Positions 35,286 to 44,352 of a stretch of DNA of 64,000 nucleotides are shown here, in pieces. The DNA is from Candidatus Cryptobacteroides sp. GTDB lineage: Bacteria > Bacteroidota > Bacteroidia > Bacteroidales > UBA932. Where the stretch lies: the NCBI GenBank assembly GCA_045616385.1, contig JAZLGQ010000003.1, positions 1,438 to 65,437 on the forward strand. The letters are read 5' to 3'. Within the stretch, counting starts at the first letter, position 1. The number at the start of each line of letters is the position of its first letter. The position numbers and the translations under genes are program-made. A model generated the notes under the pieces. The model made no database searches, was not told the origin of the DNA, and saw only the letters and a list, made by a program, of their open reading frames with translations.

Positions 35286-36212
35286 ATGGAGAATCAACAC
35301 GTAAAATGCCTTATCATCGGCGGCGGCCCTGCGGGTTACACCGCTGCGATATATGCTTCGAGGGCGGCCTTGGAACCTGTCCTCTACGAGGGCAATGAGC
35401 CTGGCGGACAGCTGACTACGACAACCGTCATTGAAAACTTCCCTGGATTCCCGGGCGGAGTCGATGCCAATCAGCTTATGAGCGGGATGCGCGAGCAGGC
35501 AGTAAAGCTTGGCGCTGACATCCGCCGGGGCGTGGTCACAGCCGTCGATCTGGGGTCGAAGCCTTTCACATTCACGATTGATGGGGAGAAAGGCATTTCC
35601 GCTGACGCTGTAATCATCGCCACGGGTGCGACCGCCCGCTACCTCGGCCTTCCGTCCGAGCAGAAATTCAAAGGAATGGGAGTGTCGGCCTGTGCGACCT
35701 GCGACGGTTTCTTTTACAGGAAGAAAGACGTCGCCGTTGTCGGCGGAGGCGATACGGCCTGCGAGGAGGCAACCTATCTTGCCGGACTTTGCCGCAAGGT
35801 CTATATGATTGTCCGTCGCGATGTCCTCCGTGCCTCCGAGGCCATGCAGCAGCGCGTCCGCAATACCGCAAACATCGAGATTCTCTGGAACTGCAACACC
35901 CGCGAGGTTCTTGGCGATGCAAACGGAGTGACCGGCGTCAGCGTCTTGAGAAAGGATGGCGAGGTTTTTGATATAGCAGTGGACGGGTTCTTCGTCGCAA
36001 TCGGGCACCATCCGCAGTCAGACCTGTTTGCAAAGTGGATAGATACCGATGAGAACGGCTACATAGTCACGAACGGTCGTGATAGCCGGACCAATGTAGA
36101 GGGTGTGTTTGCCGCCGGTGACGTCCAGGACCCACATTATCGTCAGGCAATCAATGCCGCCGCTTCCGGCTGCAGGGCTGCGCTTGATGCGGAAAAATAC
36201 TTGAAAAGATGA
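35286..36212 (+). CDS. trxB: Thioredoxin-disulfide reductase
   Basis: GGGPAGYTAA, GGQL, ENFPG, redox CATCDG, GGGDTA and FAAGDV. Confidence 0.97.
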   Translation: MENQHVKCLIIGGGPAGYTAAIYASRAALEPVLYEGNEPGGQLTTTTVIENFPGFPGGVDANQLMSGMREQAVKLGADIRRGVVTAVDLGSKPFTFTIDGEKGISADAVIIATGATARYLGLPSEQKFKGMGVSACATCDGFFYRKKDVAVVGGGDTACEEATYLAGLCRKVYMIVRRDVLRASEAMQQRVRNTANIEILWNCNTREVLGDANGVTGVSVLRKDGEVFDIAVDGFFVAIGHHPQSDLFAKWIDTDENGYIVTNGRDSRTNVEGVFAAGDVQDPHYRQAINAAASGCRAALDAEKYLKR

Positions 36213-36997
36213 AAAATATCAGATTATTTGCGATTCTGGCCATTGCGCTTGTGTCTTTCAATTCCTGCAAGACCGAGTATGACATCCTTCTTGCCGGCAA
36301 TGACACCGAAGCCAAGTACAAGGCTGCGTTCGACTATTTCAACAAGGGGAAGTACTCGAAGGCCGCATCCCTCTTCGAGAATCTTTCTGTCCTTACTTCC
36401 GGTATGTCCAGAGATGATACGGTCCGTTATTACTGGGGGCTCTGCAATTACAGCCTTGAGGATTTCCAGACGGCTGAGACCAATTTTTCCGATTTTATCT
36501 CCACGTTCCCACGCAGCCCGTTCATTGAATCGGCGACATTTCTCCACGTGGACTGCCTATACAGATCGACACTCCGATATGAACTTGACCAGACCCCTAC
36601 ATACAGGGCAATCCAGGCCATTACGGAATATCTGCGCGACAATCCAAGAGGAGCCAATGCCGACATTTGCCGCAATATGATAAGGGACCTTAACGAGAGA
36701 CTTGACCGCAAAGCCTACGAAAATGCCAAACTCTATTACACGATGGAGGATTATAAGGCATCAAGGGTCGCATTCAAGAACATCCTGAAGGAAGACGCCG
36801 ACAATGTCTATCGTGAGGACATTCTCTATTATTCAGCGATGTCGTCTTACAAATTTGCCTTGAACAGTACCAGGGAGAAGCAGAGAGAGCGCTACCTCAT
36901 ATTCGAGGATGACTACCTGAACTTCATCGGTGAATATCCCGAATCACCGTACAGGAAAGAGCTTGACGGCATTTATAACAAGTTGAAAGGAAAATAA
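36209..36997 (+). CDS. bamD: Outer membrane protein assembly factor BamD
   Basis: Lipobox NSC, TPRs, FPRSPF and YELDQTPT; conserved bamD-rpoZ adjacency. Confidence 0.88.
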   Translation: MKNIRLFAILAIALVSFNSCKTEYDILLAGNDTEAKYKAAFDYFNKGKYSKAASLFENLSVLTSGMSRDDTVRYYWGLCNYSLEDFQTAETNFSDFISTFPRSPFIESATFLHVDCLYRSTLRYELDQTPTYRAIQAITEYLRDNPRGANADICRNMIRDLNERLDRKAYENAKLYYTMEDYKASRVAFKNILKEDADNVYREDILYYSAMSSYKFALNSTREKQRERYLIFEDDYLNFIGEYPESPYRKELDGIYNKLKGK

Positions 36998-37033
36998 TGA
37001 AACTTTCGGAGCACTGCGTTTCGTACATTTGAT

Positions 37034-37345
37034 ATGGAAAAGAAAGTACCGACAAACACTGTCACGCGAGACATCAAGTATCTCGCTGAGCCTACGGGCA
37101 ACATTTATGAAACTGTAGTCATTCTCTCCAAGAGAGCAAACCAGATTGCGCTTGCAGAAAAGAAGGAACTCGCGAAGAAACTCGAGGACTTCCGCGGTGA
37201 GCGTGACACGATGGACGAAGTCTTTGAGAACAAGGAGCAGATCGAGATATCAAAGTACTATGAGCGTCAGCCGAAACCGGACCTTGTAGCAATCTCTGAG
37301 TTCGAAGAAGGCGAATTGTACTATCGCGTGGCACAGGAAGACTAA
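37034..37345 (+). CDS. rpoZ: RNA polymerase omega subunit (Bacteroidota type)
   Basis: TGNIYETVVILSKRANQI and ENKEQIEISKYYERQPKP. Confidence 0.9.
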   Translation: MEKKVPTNTVTRDIKYLAEPTGNIYETVVILSKRANQIALAEKKELAKKLEDFRGERDTMDEVFENKEQIEISKYYERQPKPDLVAISEFEEGELYYRVAQED

Positions 37346-37349
37346 GCTC

Positions 37350-39017
37350 GTGCTTGGCTCCCTTCATATTGAGAATTATATACTGATAGACTCTCTGGAT
37401 ATCTCTTTTCCGGAGGGTCTGGTCATTATTACGGGACAGACCGGAGCAGGCAAGTCCATACTTCTCGGCGCATTGTCGCTTGTGGCGGGGGCGAAGGCTG
37501 ATGCCACGATGATTTCGGAAGGCAGGGACAGCTGTGTGGTCGAAGCCGAGTTTGACGGGGTTGACGAAAAGCTAAGGTCGCTGCTGGACGAGAACGATGT
37601 CGAATGGGACGACGGTCACCTGATTGTCCGCCGTGTGGTCAACCGGTCCGGACGCTCCCGCTGCTTCGTCAATGACTGCCCTGTCACCGTACAGCTTCTT
37701 GCCGAGCTGTCCGCGTCGCTGGTTGACGTCCATTCCCAGCACAAGAGCCTGCTGCTCACGGACCACGCTTTTCAGCTTTCCATCCTGGACCACTATGCGG
37801 GGAATGCGGAGCTGGCCGCCGGGTGCCGCCTGGAATGGCAGAACCTGCAGAATCTTCGCTCTCAGCTTGCATCCCTGAAAGACAAGCTGCAAAAGGCGGC
37901 TGCGGAGAGAGACTATGTCTCAGCCCAGTACAGGCAGCTGGAGGCTGCGAATCTCAGGGCGGGAGAGCTCGAAGAACTGGAAGCGGAGCAGAAAAGCCTT
38001 GCCGGCGCAGAGCAGATCAAGGAGGCCCTGTCGGCCGTGTCAGACCTGTTCGACCCGTCGTCGGACGAGCGTTCCGGCATAGCGGCGGACCTGCGTGAGG
38101 CTCAGCGCCAGCTGGAGAGGTTGGCAAAATACCTTCCTGAAGTTTCGGATCTCGCCGGGCGTCTTGAGTCCTCGCGGATAGAACTTGAGGACATCAGCTC
38201 TGAGGTCGGCTCCCTGGACAGGAGGATCGACCTGTCGCCGGAGCATCTGGAGGCTGTTGACAATCGCCTGTCACTGCTTTATACCCTGCTGAAAAAGCAC
38301 GGGTGCAACACCGTTGAGGAACTTGTCTCGGTTCGTGACGGCCTGGCCGGCGCTGTCTGCGACGGTGACACACTCGCGGAGCGCATCGAAGACCTTGAAA
38401 AAGAAACGGAGGCTGCCGCAATCAGATATGACAGGCTTTGCGAAGAACTGCACTCAAGGAGAACCGCATCTGCCGATGGGTTCGCGAAGGCGATACTTGA
38501 CGACCTGCGCTTCCTTGAACTTGACCGGTCGGCGTTCGAGGTCAGCGTCCAGCCTTGTGCTCCCGGTGCGAGCGGCAAGGATGCGGCTGCATTCCTTTTC
38601 TCTGCAACGGGGACGAATCTCCAGGATGTCTCGAAATGTGCATCCGGCGGTGAAATATCGCGCATAATGCTTTGCCTCAAGGCTATGATGGCGAAGTTTG
38701 TGGGGATGCCTACGCTTATCTTCGACGAGATCGATACGGGCGTCAGCGGCAGCGTGGCCGACAAGATGGGACGTATGATATGCCGTATGGGTGAAGATAT
38801 GCAGGTCTTCTCAATCACTCATCTTCCCCAAGTCGCGGCAAAGGGCAGCGCCCATTATGTGGTCTCCAAGGAAATCGGTGCAGACGGCACCGCACACTCA
38901 TCCATCCGCAAGGTTGACGGTGTGCAGCGGGTAAATGAAATAGCCCGCCTTTTGAGCGGAGCTACCATCACTGATGCCGCAGTGGCCAATGCGAAATCGC
39001 TATTGGATAACTGCTGA
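37350..39017 (+). CDS. recN: DNA repair protein RecN
   Basis: GTG start; TGQTGAGKS Walker A, HSQH, ASGGEISR, IFDEIDTGVSG and ITHLPQVAA. Confidence 0.96.
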   Translation: MLGSLHIENYILIDSLDISFPEGLVIITGQTGAGKSILLGALSLVAGAKADATMISEGRDSCVVEAEFDGVDEKLRSLLDENDVEWDDGHLIVRRVVNRSGRSRCFVNDCPVTVQLLAELSASLVDVHSQHKSLLLTDHAFQLSILDHYAGNAELAAGCRLEWQNLQNLRSQLASLKDKLQKAAAERDYVSAQYRQLEAANLRAGELEELEAEQKSLAGAEQIKEALSAVSDLFDPSSDERSGIAADLREAQRQLERLAKYLPEVSDLAGRLESSRIELEDISSEVGSLDRRIDLSPEHLEAVDNRLSLLYTLLKKHGCNTVEELVSVRDGLAGAVCDGDTLAERIEDLEKETEAAAIRYDRLCEELHSRRTASADGFAKAILDDLRFLELDRSAFEVSVQPCAPGASGKDAAAFLFSATGTNLQDVSKCASGGEISRIMLCLKAMMAKFVGMPTLIFDEIDTGVSGSVADKMGRMICRMGEDMQVFSITHLPQVAAKGSAHYVVSKEIGADGTAHSSIRKVDGVQRVNEIARLLSGATITDAAVANAKSLLDNC

Positions 39018-40211
39018 CAGATCTTTGCCCAGAAGCACCCTGCGGACAGCAGTGTTGATGTTGCCTGCAGTGTCGGAATCCTCGAACTTGAAGTCGCTTT
39101 GCAATCCTCTCTCTGAATATTCGGGGAGTTTTTTGTACCACTCCTCACCGTATCTTGAGAGAGCGTTCAGGAAGTAGTGCATTATGTCATATCCCTGGAA
39201 TGCGAACTGGCCCGGCTCCTGCTTGTAAAGCGCACGGTATGCATAGATGAAGTCCTTGACCTTCCAGTCTTCGTAATCGATGAAATAGCTTGTGGTATAG
39301 TGCAGGCCGAGATTGTATAGATGCTCAGGGTCGACACCTGAAGAATTGCGGACTTTTGACGTGCCATACAGCGTGATATTGCTGTACTTGCCCGCAAGAG
39401 TCCCCAATGTGCGGACGGTGGTGTTGATGAAGGAATCGTGGTCCGATGCAATCAGGAAACGTGAAACGCCGTTTTGAACGGGAGTGAAATCCTGAAGGTT
39501 GCTTACAGTCCTGAATTTCTTTCCGGACGCCACGAGTCTGGAAACGAGATATGCAGTCTGTTCTGCATCTGTGGCGGAAGTGTCGCGGACAAGAACGATT
39601 TCATCCTGCCAGGAAGAGTCGCGCCTGATCCAATCGATTATTTCGTCGGCCTGGCGGGTCCAATACGAAGGCGCCTGGATCAGTCTGTCGTTTTCGGCGA
39701 GCTCTGCCGCCTTAGGGTCGAGAGGGGAGACAAGAAAGCGGCCGGCAGGGCAGATCTCTAGCGCTGTCCGGATGTCTTCGACATTTACCGGTCCGATGAC
39801 AAGTTGATTGTCTTTCAGGAATTCTGATGTAAGAGGCGACCCCGGCTCGCTTTCGTCCAGGACGGAAACTTCAATCTTTTTCCCGCAAGCACTGAAATCC
39901 ATGACGGCCAGAAGTGCTCCGCCGTACATTTCAAGGAAGTTTGAATTGGCCTTCGTGCCGATCTGGAATGGCAACACGACCCCGACCCGGAGCACGTCCG
40001 GCACCACGAGGGTGAAAGGCAGATCTTCTTCCCTTGTGTCTGGTTTCGGATTTTCATTTTCATTGTCATTCTCGTTCCGGATGGTCTCTCCGTCGTTTGC
40101 CGATGGGGTCCTACTCTCGGTCCTGTGCATACCCGAAACGACATACCATTGGGCTGATGCGCTTGCGCAGCTCATCAGCAGGATGGATAGTAATACTGCT
40201 AACTTCTTCAC
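39000..40211 (-). CDS. Exported protein with type-1 periplasmic-binding-protein-like (LppC-like) domain
   Basis: Signal peptide, acidic linker, VGVVLPF, LVIGP, LVSPL and FAFQGYD; resembles the C-terminal domain of Bacteroidota LysM/PBP1 proteins. Confidence 0.7.
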   Translation of the reverse strand: MKKLAVLLSILLMSCASASAQWYVVSGMHRTESRTPSANDGETIRNENDNENENPKPDTREEDLPFTLVVPDVLRVGVVLPFQIGTKANSNFLEMYGGALLAVMDFSACGKKIEVSVLDESEPGSPLTSEFLKDNQLVIGPVNVEDIRTALEICPAGRFLVSPLDPKAAELAENDRLIQAPSYWTRQADEIIDWIRRDSSWQDEIVLVRDTSATDAEQTAYLVSRLVASGKKFRTVSNLQDFTPVQNGVSRFLIASDHDSFINTTVRTLGTLAGKYSNITLYGTSKVRNSSGVDPEHLYNLGLHYTTSYFIDYEDWKVKDFIYAYRALYKQEPGQFAFQGYDIMHYFLNALSRYGEEWYKKLPEYSERGLQSDFKFEDSDTAGNINTAVRRVLLGKDLSAVIQ

Positions 40212-41335
40212 TTCTGATTATTTTCTATAAAGTTGACCAGATTTTCAGCGAAACTGCTCCAACTCAGGTTCTCATTTTCCTTCCGTATGCACCTGACATA
40301 CCCGTCGCGTCTGAACGGATCGGCAAAATATTCATTGATGGCATCCGCTACGCAGGCCAGACTGCAGGAATCACAGACAAGCCCGGTGCCCCTGTCGCCG
40401 ATGGTTTCCTTCAAACCGCCTACGTCGGTGACGATCATCGGCACCTCGAAATGATTCGCTATGTTGCTTATGCCGCTTTGCGTCGCTCCCCTGTAAGGAA
40501 GTACGACCACGTCGGCGGCGCAGAAATAGCGTTTGACCTCATTGTCCGGAATGTAGTTCAGGAACAGATGGATGCGCTCCCTGTTTCGGTTGACATCGAT
40601 CATACGTCTGTACTTGTCGAAGGATCCGTAAGGCTCGCCGGCGACGATGAGCTGATAACTGTCATCAAGCCTGTCAAAGGCATTAAGCAGGATATCAAGT
40701 CCCTTGTAGTCGCGTATCAGGCCGAAAAACAGCAGATTCTTCTTGCCCGCCTCAAGGCCGAGCTCCTTTTCGGCCAGCGCCCTGCCGATCCTTTCCCCGA
40801 AGTGGTTGTAAACCGGGTGCGGAAGGGTGATGTGCGGTATGTCGGTGCGGAACCTTGCGAGGTCTCCGGCTACTTCGTCGCATAAGGTCACGCAGGAATG
40901 AATCCCGTTGATGAAGTATTTCGTGAAGGCATTGTCGAAGAAATGCTCTTCGTGCGGTGTCACGTTGTCGAGAATGGCCACCACCTTGCAGTCCTTCCCG
41001 ACATTGCGGGCAATGTAGCCGAACGAAGGTGCGAAATATGCCATCCAGTAGCGGAGAATCAGTACATCGGGCTTCCATTTGCGGATAGTCCCGGCGGTGC
41101 GTATCCAGTTGAACGGATTGACCGTGTCCAGCAGAGGGGTTGACTCTACGGACACGGCCTTGTCGTCTTTTGCAACGTATTGCGTTTTTCCCGGGAAAAG
41201 AAGACCGGGATATTGCCTTTTGAAATTGAATGCCTTCACATCGTGCGAGGCGCTCAGTTCGTTGAAAAGGTTGGCATTAAACTGAGCAATCCCTCCCCTG
41301 AACGGGTAAAAGCACGATAGAATGGCTATTCTCAA
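40208..41335 (-). CDS. Glycosyltransferase family 4
   Basis: YPFRGGIAQFN, LFFGLIRDYKGLD, LPYRGATQSG and TDVGGLKE. Confidence 0.9.
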   Translation of the reverse strand: MRIAILSCFYPFRGGIAQFNANLFNELSASHDVKAFNFKRQYPGLLFPGKTQYVAKDDKAVSVESTPLLDTVNPFNWIRTAGTIRKWKPDVLILRYWMAYFAPSFGYIARNVGKDCKVVAILDNVTPHEEHFFDNAFTKYFINGIHSCVTLCDEVAGDLARFRTDIPHITLPHPVYNHFGERIGRALAEKELGLEAGKKNLLFFGLIRDYKGLDILLNAFDRLDDSYQLIVAGEPYGSFDKYRRMIDVNRNRERIHLFLNYIPDNEVKRYFCAADVVVLPYRGATQSGISNIANHFEVPMIVTDVGGLKETIGDRGTGLVCDSCSLACVADAINEYFADPFRRDGYVRCIRKENENLSWSSFAENLVNFIENNQK

Positions 41336-41338
41336 GAT

Positions 41339-41950
41339 TTACTCGTTTTGGCCCTTTGACTTTACGTATTCTGCATTGAGACCTTCGAGGATGTCGTCGG
41401 TGATGTCAAGTGAAGGGTCTCCGGTGACAACCGGTGCAGGGAGGATGGCACCCTGGGTGGCGATGATCATCGCGTATCCCTTGCTCTCGTTGTATGAGTC
41501 GACGAAAGTCTTGATGGCGTCGGCAATCTGGTTCATCATCACGTTCTGCTCTTCGAGGATCTCGTTCTGCTTCTGGTTGGCATAAGCTTCGAATTCCTGC
41601 TGCTGCTGAGCGAGCTTCTGGCTCTGTACCTCGTATGTCGACTGGGTGAGGAGTCCCTTGTTCATCTTGTCCTGGAAAGCCTGGATATCCTTTTCCAGCT
41701 TGTTGCCACGACGGGTGACTTCCTGGTTGATGCTGTTCACCTTGGTCTCGACGACGCTGCGGAGATCATTCGCCATATCGTAATCCTGGAGGACGGTATC
41801 GAGGTTGAAATAAACGATGGATCCTGAGGCGATGGTTGAGTCTGCTGCGGCCTTGACGTTGTTGGTGTTGCTGCTGGTGCAGGCTGGAGTAATCAGTGCG
41901 ATGGCGCAGATGGCGGCAGCGGTGCTGATGATGAGAGTTGACTTTTTCAT
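41339..41950 (-). CDS. OmpH/Skp-family protein, probably a lipoprotein
   Basis: Cys after a hydrophobic signal (TPAC), IVYFNLDTVL, long coiled coil and LDITDDILEGLN. Confidence 0.85.
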   Translation of the reverse strand: MKKSTLIISTAAAICAIALITPACTSSNTNNVKAAADSTIASGSIVYFNLDTVLQDYDMANDLRSVVETKVNSINQEVTRRGNKLEKDIQAFQDKMNKGLLTQSTYEVQSQKLAQQQQEFEAYANQKQNEILEEQNVMMNQIADAIKTFVDSYNESKGYAMIIATQGAILPAPVVTGDPSLDITDDILEGLNAEYVKSKGQNE

Positions 41951-41994
41951 TTCTATATTAAATTGTTATATTCCGTATTGAGGGGCAAAAATAG

Positions 41995-42714
41995 TTAAAA
42001 AATCCGAATCTTGCCAAGATATGCGGCGATAGTTGATTCAAGACCCATATATAGCGCGTCGCATATGAGCGCGTGGCCTATGCTGACTTCGTCCACCCAA
42101 GGGATCGTGCGGATGAAATATTCAAGGTTGTCGAGCGACAGGTCGTGGCCGGCGTTGAGCCCGAGCCCGAGCTCGCGGGCCTTCTCGGCCGTCGCGACAT
42201 AAGGTGCGATGGCTTTTTCGCGGTCGAGAGGATATGCCGCGGCATAGCCGGCGGTATAGAGCTCGACCCGGTCGGCTCCGCAGCGGGCTGCGCCTTCCGC
42301 CATCTTAGGGTCAGGATTGATGAAAATCGATGTCCTGATACCTCTGTCGCGGAATGTGCCGCACAGCCGTGACAGAAAAGCATAGTTGCTCACGGTGTCC
42401 CATCCTGCATTGGAGGTTATGGCATCCGGTGCGTCCGGGACGAGTGTCACCTGATCTGGTACGACCTCGCAGACGAGAGCGGTGAAACTGCCTGTCGGAT
42501 TGCCTTCCATATTGAATTCCGTCCTCAGGAGAGGGCGGATTTCACGCACGTCCGAGTACCTGATATGGCGCTCGTCGGGACGCGGGTGGACGGTGATTCC
42601 TTCCGCTCCGAAACGCTCGCAGTCGAGTGCCGCTTTTGTGACATCCGGCATATTGCCCCCACGTGCATTGCGTATTGTCGCAATCTTGTTGATATTAACG
42701 CTTAATCTGGTCAT
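41995..42714 (-). CDS. pdxJ: Pyridoxine 5'-phosphate synthase
   Basis: [34 protein letters not shown] and EVSIGHALI; ATG at 42714. Confidence 0.96.
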   Translation of the reverse strand: MTRLSVNINKIATIRNARGGNMPDVTKAALDCERFGAEGITVHPRPDERHIRYSDVREIRPLLRTEFNMEGNPTGSFTALVCEVVPDQVTLVPDAPDAITSNAGWDTVSNYAFLSRLCGTFRDRGIRTSIFINPDPKMAEGAARCGADRVELYTAGYAAAYPLDREKAIAPYVATAEKARELGLGLNAGHDLSLDNLEYFIRTIPWVDEVSIGHALICDALYMGLESTIAAYLGKIRIF

Positions 42715-42793
42715 TTTTATACTGACTTTGTCAGTACAAAAGTACTCAATTCTGTTTAAATATCTAAATAATGTGCTAAATTTGAAGCCCATT

Positions 42794-43609
42794 ATGAAAT
42801 TCGCCTGGTTTATCCATAATCAAAAGCTGCGCGACGACGCCCGCCTTGAAGGTTTGCTCTGCAGTCTCAAGGCTGCCGGCTGTTCAGTTTATGAAGCAGT
42901 TCTGCCGGAAGATATCCAAGCCGGGACCGACGCTCTCCTGAGTTTTGGCGGCGATGGCACTTTCCTGTCTGCCGCCCGGCTGGCGGTCCCCGCAGACCTG
43001 CCGGTCGTCGGAGTCAATCTCGGACGTCTTGGATTTCTCTCCGAGAACAAGCCCGATGACGTGCTGAAAGCGTTGCTTGGTGACGGATTTTCGCTGGAAA
43101 ACCGGGAGCTGCTCCGCGTCGATGCGCGGGGCGTCAAGGAAGACTATTGGCCGTATGCGCTGAACGAGACGACCGTAATGCGGTCGGGTGCTTCTATGCT
43201 GGGTGTCGACGTGTCGGTCGATGGTGTGCCGCTTCCGACATATTGGGCCGACGGCATCCTCGTTGCCACAAGTTCCGGCAGCACCGCCTATTCGCTCAGC
43301 ATCGGCGGCCCTATCTGCTCGCCTGATGCCCACGTCCTGATTGTCGCCCCCGTGTCTCCGCATAACCTCAACGTCCGCCCGCTGGTGGTCCCGTCCACAT
43401 CGGTTGTGCGCATCACGCTGCGCTCGCGCGAGGACAATGCGATTTTCACGATGGACAACAGAACATTCGTCATCCCTACCGATGCCGTCATCACCATCGG
43501 CGCCGCCGACAGGAGTCTCAAGAGACTCCGCCTCGCGAAGGCGAACTTTTATAATGCGCTCCGCGAGAGACTGCATTGGGGGGAAGATGTAAGAAACTCC
43601 AACAATTGA
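42794..43609 (+). CDS. nadK: NAD kinase
   Basis: [21 protein letters not shown] and [22 protein letters not shown]; ATG at 42794. Confidence 0.95.
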   Translation: MKFAWFIHNQKLRDDARLEGLLCSLKAAGCSVYEAVLPEDIQAGTDALLSFGGDGTFLSAARLAVPADLPVVGVNLGRLGFLSENKPDDVLKALLGDGFSLENRELLRVDARGVKEDYWPYALNETTVMRSGASMLGVDVSVDGVPLPTYWADGILVATSSGSTAYSLSIGGPICSPDAHVLIVAPVSPHNLNVRPLVVPSTSVVRITLRSREDNAIFTMDNRTFVIPTDAVITIGAADRSLKRLRLAKANFYNALRERLHWGEDVRNSNN

Positions 43610-43612
43610 CCT

Positions 43613-44320
43613 ATGAAAACTCCAGGTATTATTCCGACACACGTGTCCATCATTATGGACGGTAACGGCCGCTGGGCCAAAGAGAGGGGGAAAGAAAGGG
43701 TCTTCGGGCATTTCGAAGGTGTGGAGAGCGTCCGTGCCGTAATGGAATGCTGTGTGGAATGGAAGATTCCGTACGCATCCTTCTATGCCTTTTCCGAGGA
43801 GAACTGGGGACGCCCGGCAGCAGAGGTGGAGGCTCTTATGGGATTGATGGCAAAAGCTATGGTGGGGGAGCTCGACAATTTCCAGAAGCACAATGTCCGC
43901 TTTATGGTCCTGGGCAACCGCGCCCGCCTTTCGGACGAGCTCAACGCCACCATCGACAGGATAATGGCCGGCACGGCGTCCAATACAGGCTTTACGATGA
44001 TCCTCTTCCTCAGCTACAGTGGCAAGTGGGATATCCTGCAGGCGGCTGAAAAGATGGCACACGATTTGATTAACCATCCGGAGAAACGGTTTGAAGCGGA
44101 GGATTTCAGCCATTTTCTCGTTACGGACGGCATTCCGGACCCGGACCTGCTCATAAGGACTTCCGGGGAGAAAAGGCTCAGCAATTATCTGCTCTGGCAG
44201 TCGGCCTATACCGAGTTCATTTTTACCGACACTCTCTGGCCTGATTTCCGCAAGGAGCAGTTTTATGATGCGATTGAGGAGTTCGCCTCACGTGACAGAC
44301 GTTTCGGAAAAGTCAAATAA
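43613..44320 (+). CDS. uppS: Undecaprenyl diphosphate synthase
   Basis: HVSIIMDGNGRWA, FSEENWGRP and DLLIRTSGEKRLSNYLLWQ. Confidence 0.96.
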   Translation: MKTPGIIPTHVSIIMDGNGRWAKERGKERVFGHFEGVESVRAVMECCVEWKIPYASFYAFSEENWGRPAAEVEALMGLMAKAMVGELDNFQKHNVRFMVLGNRARLSDELNATIDRIMAGTASNTGFTMILFLSYSGKWDILQAAEKMAHDLINHPEKRFEAEDFSHFLVTDGIPDPDLLIRTSGEKRLSNYLLWQSAYTEFIFTDTLWPDFRKEQFYDAIEEFASRDRRFGKVK

Positions 44321-44352
44321 TTCGTGTATATTTGCAGACTATTTTACAGATT

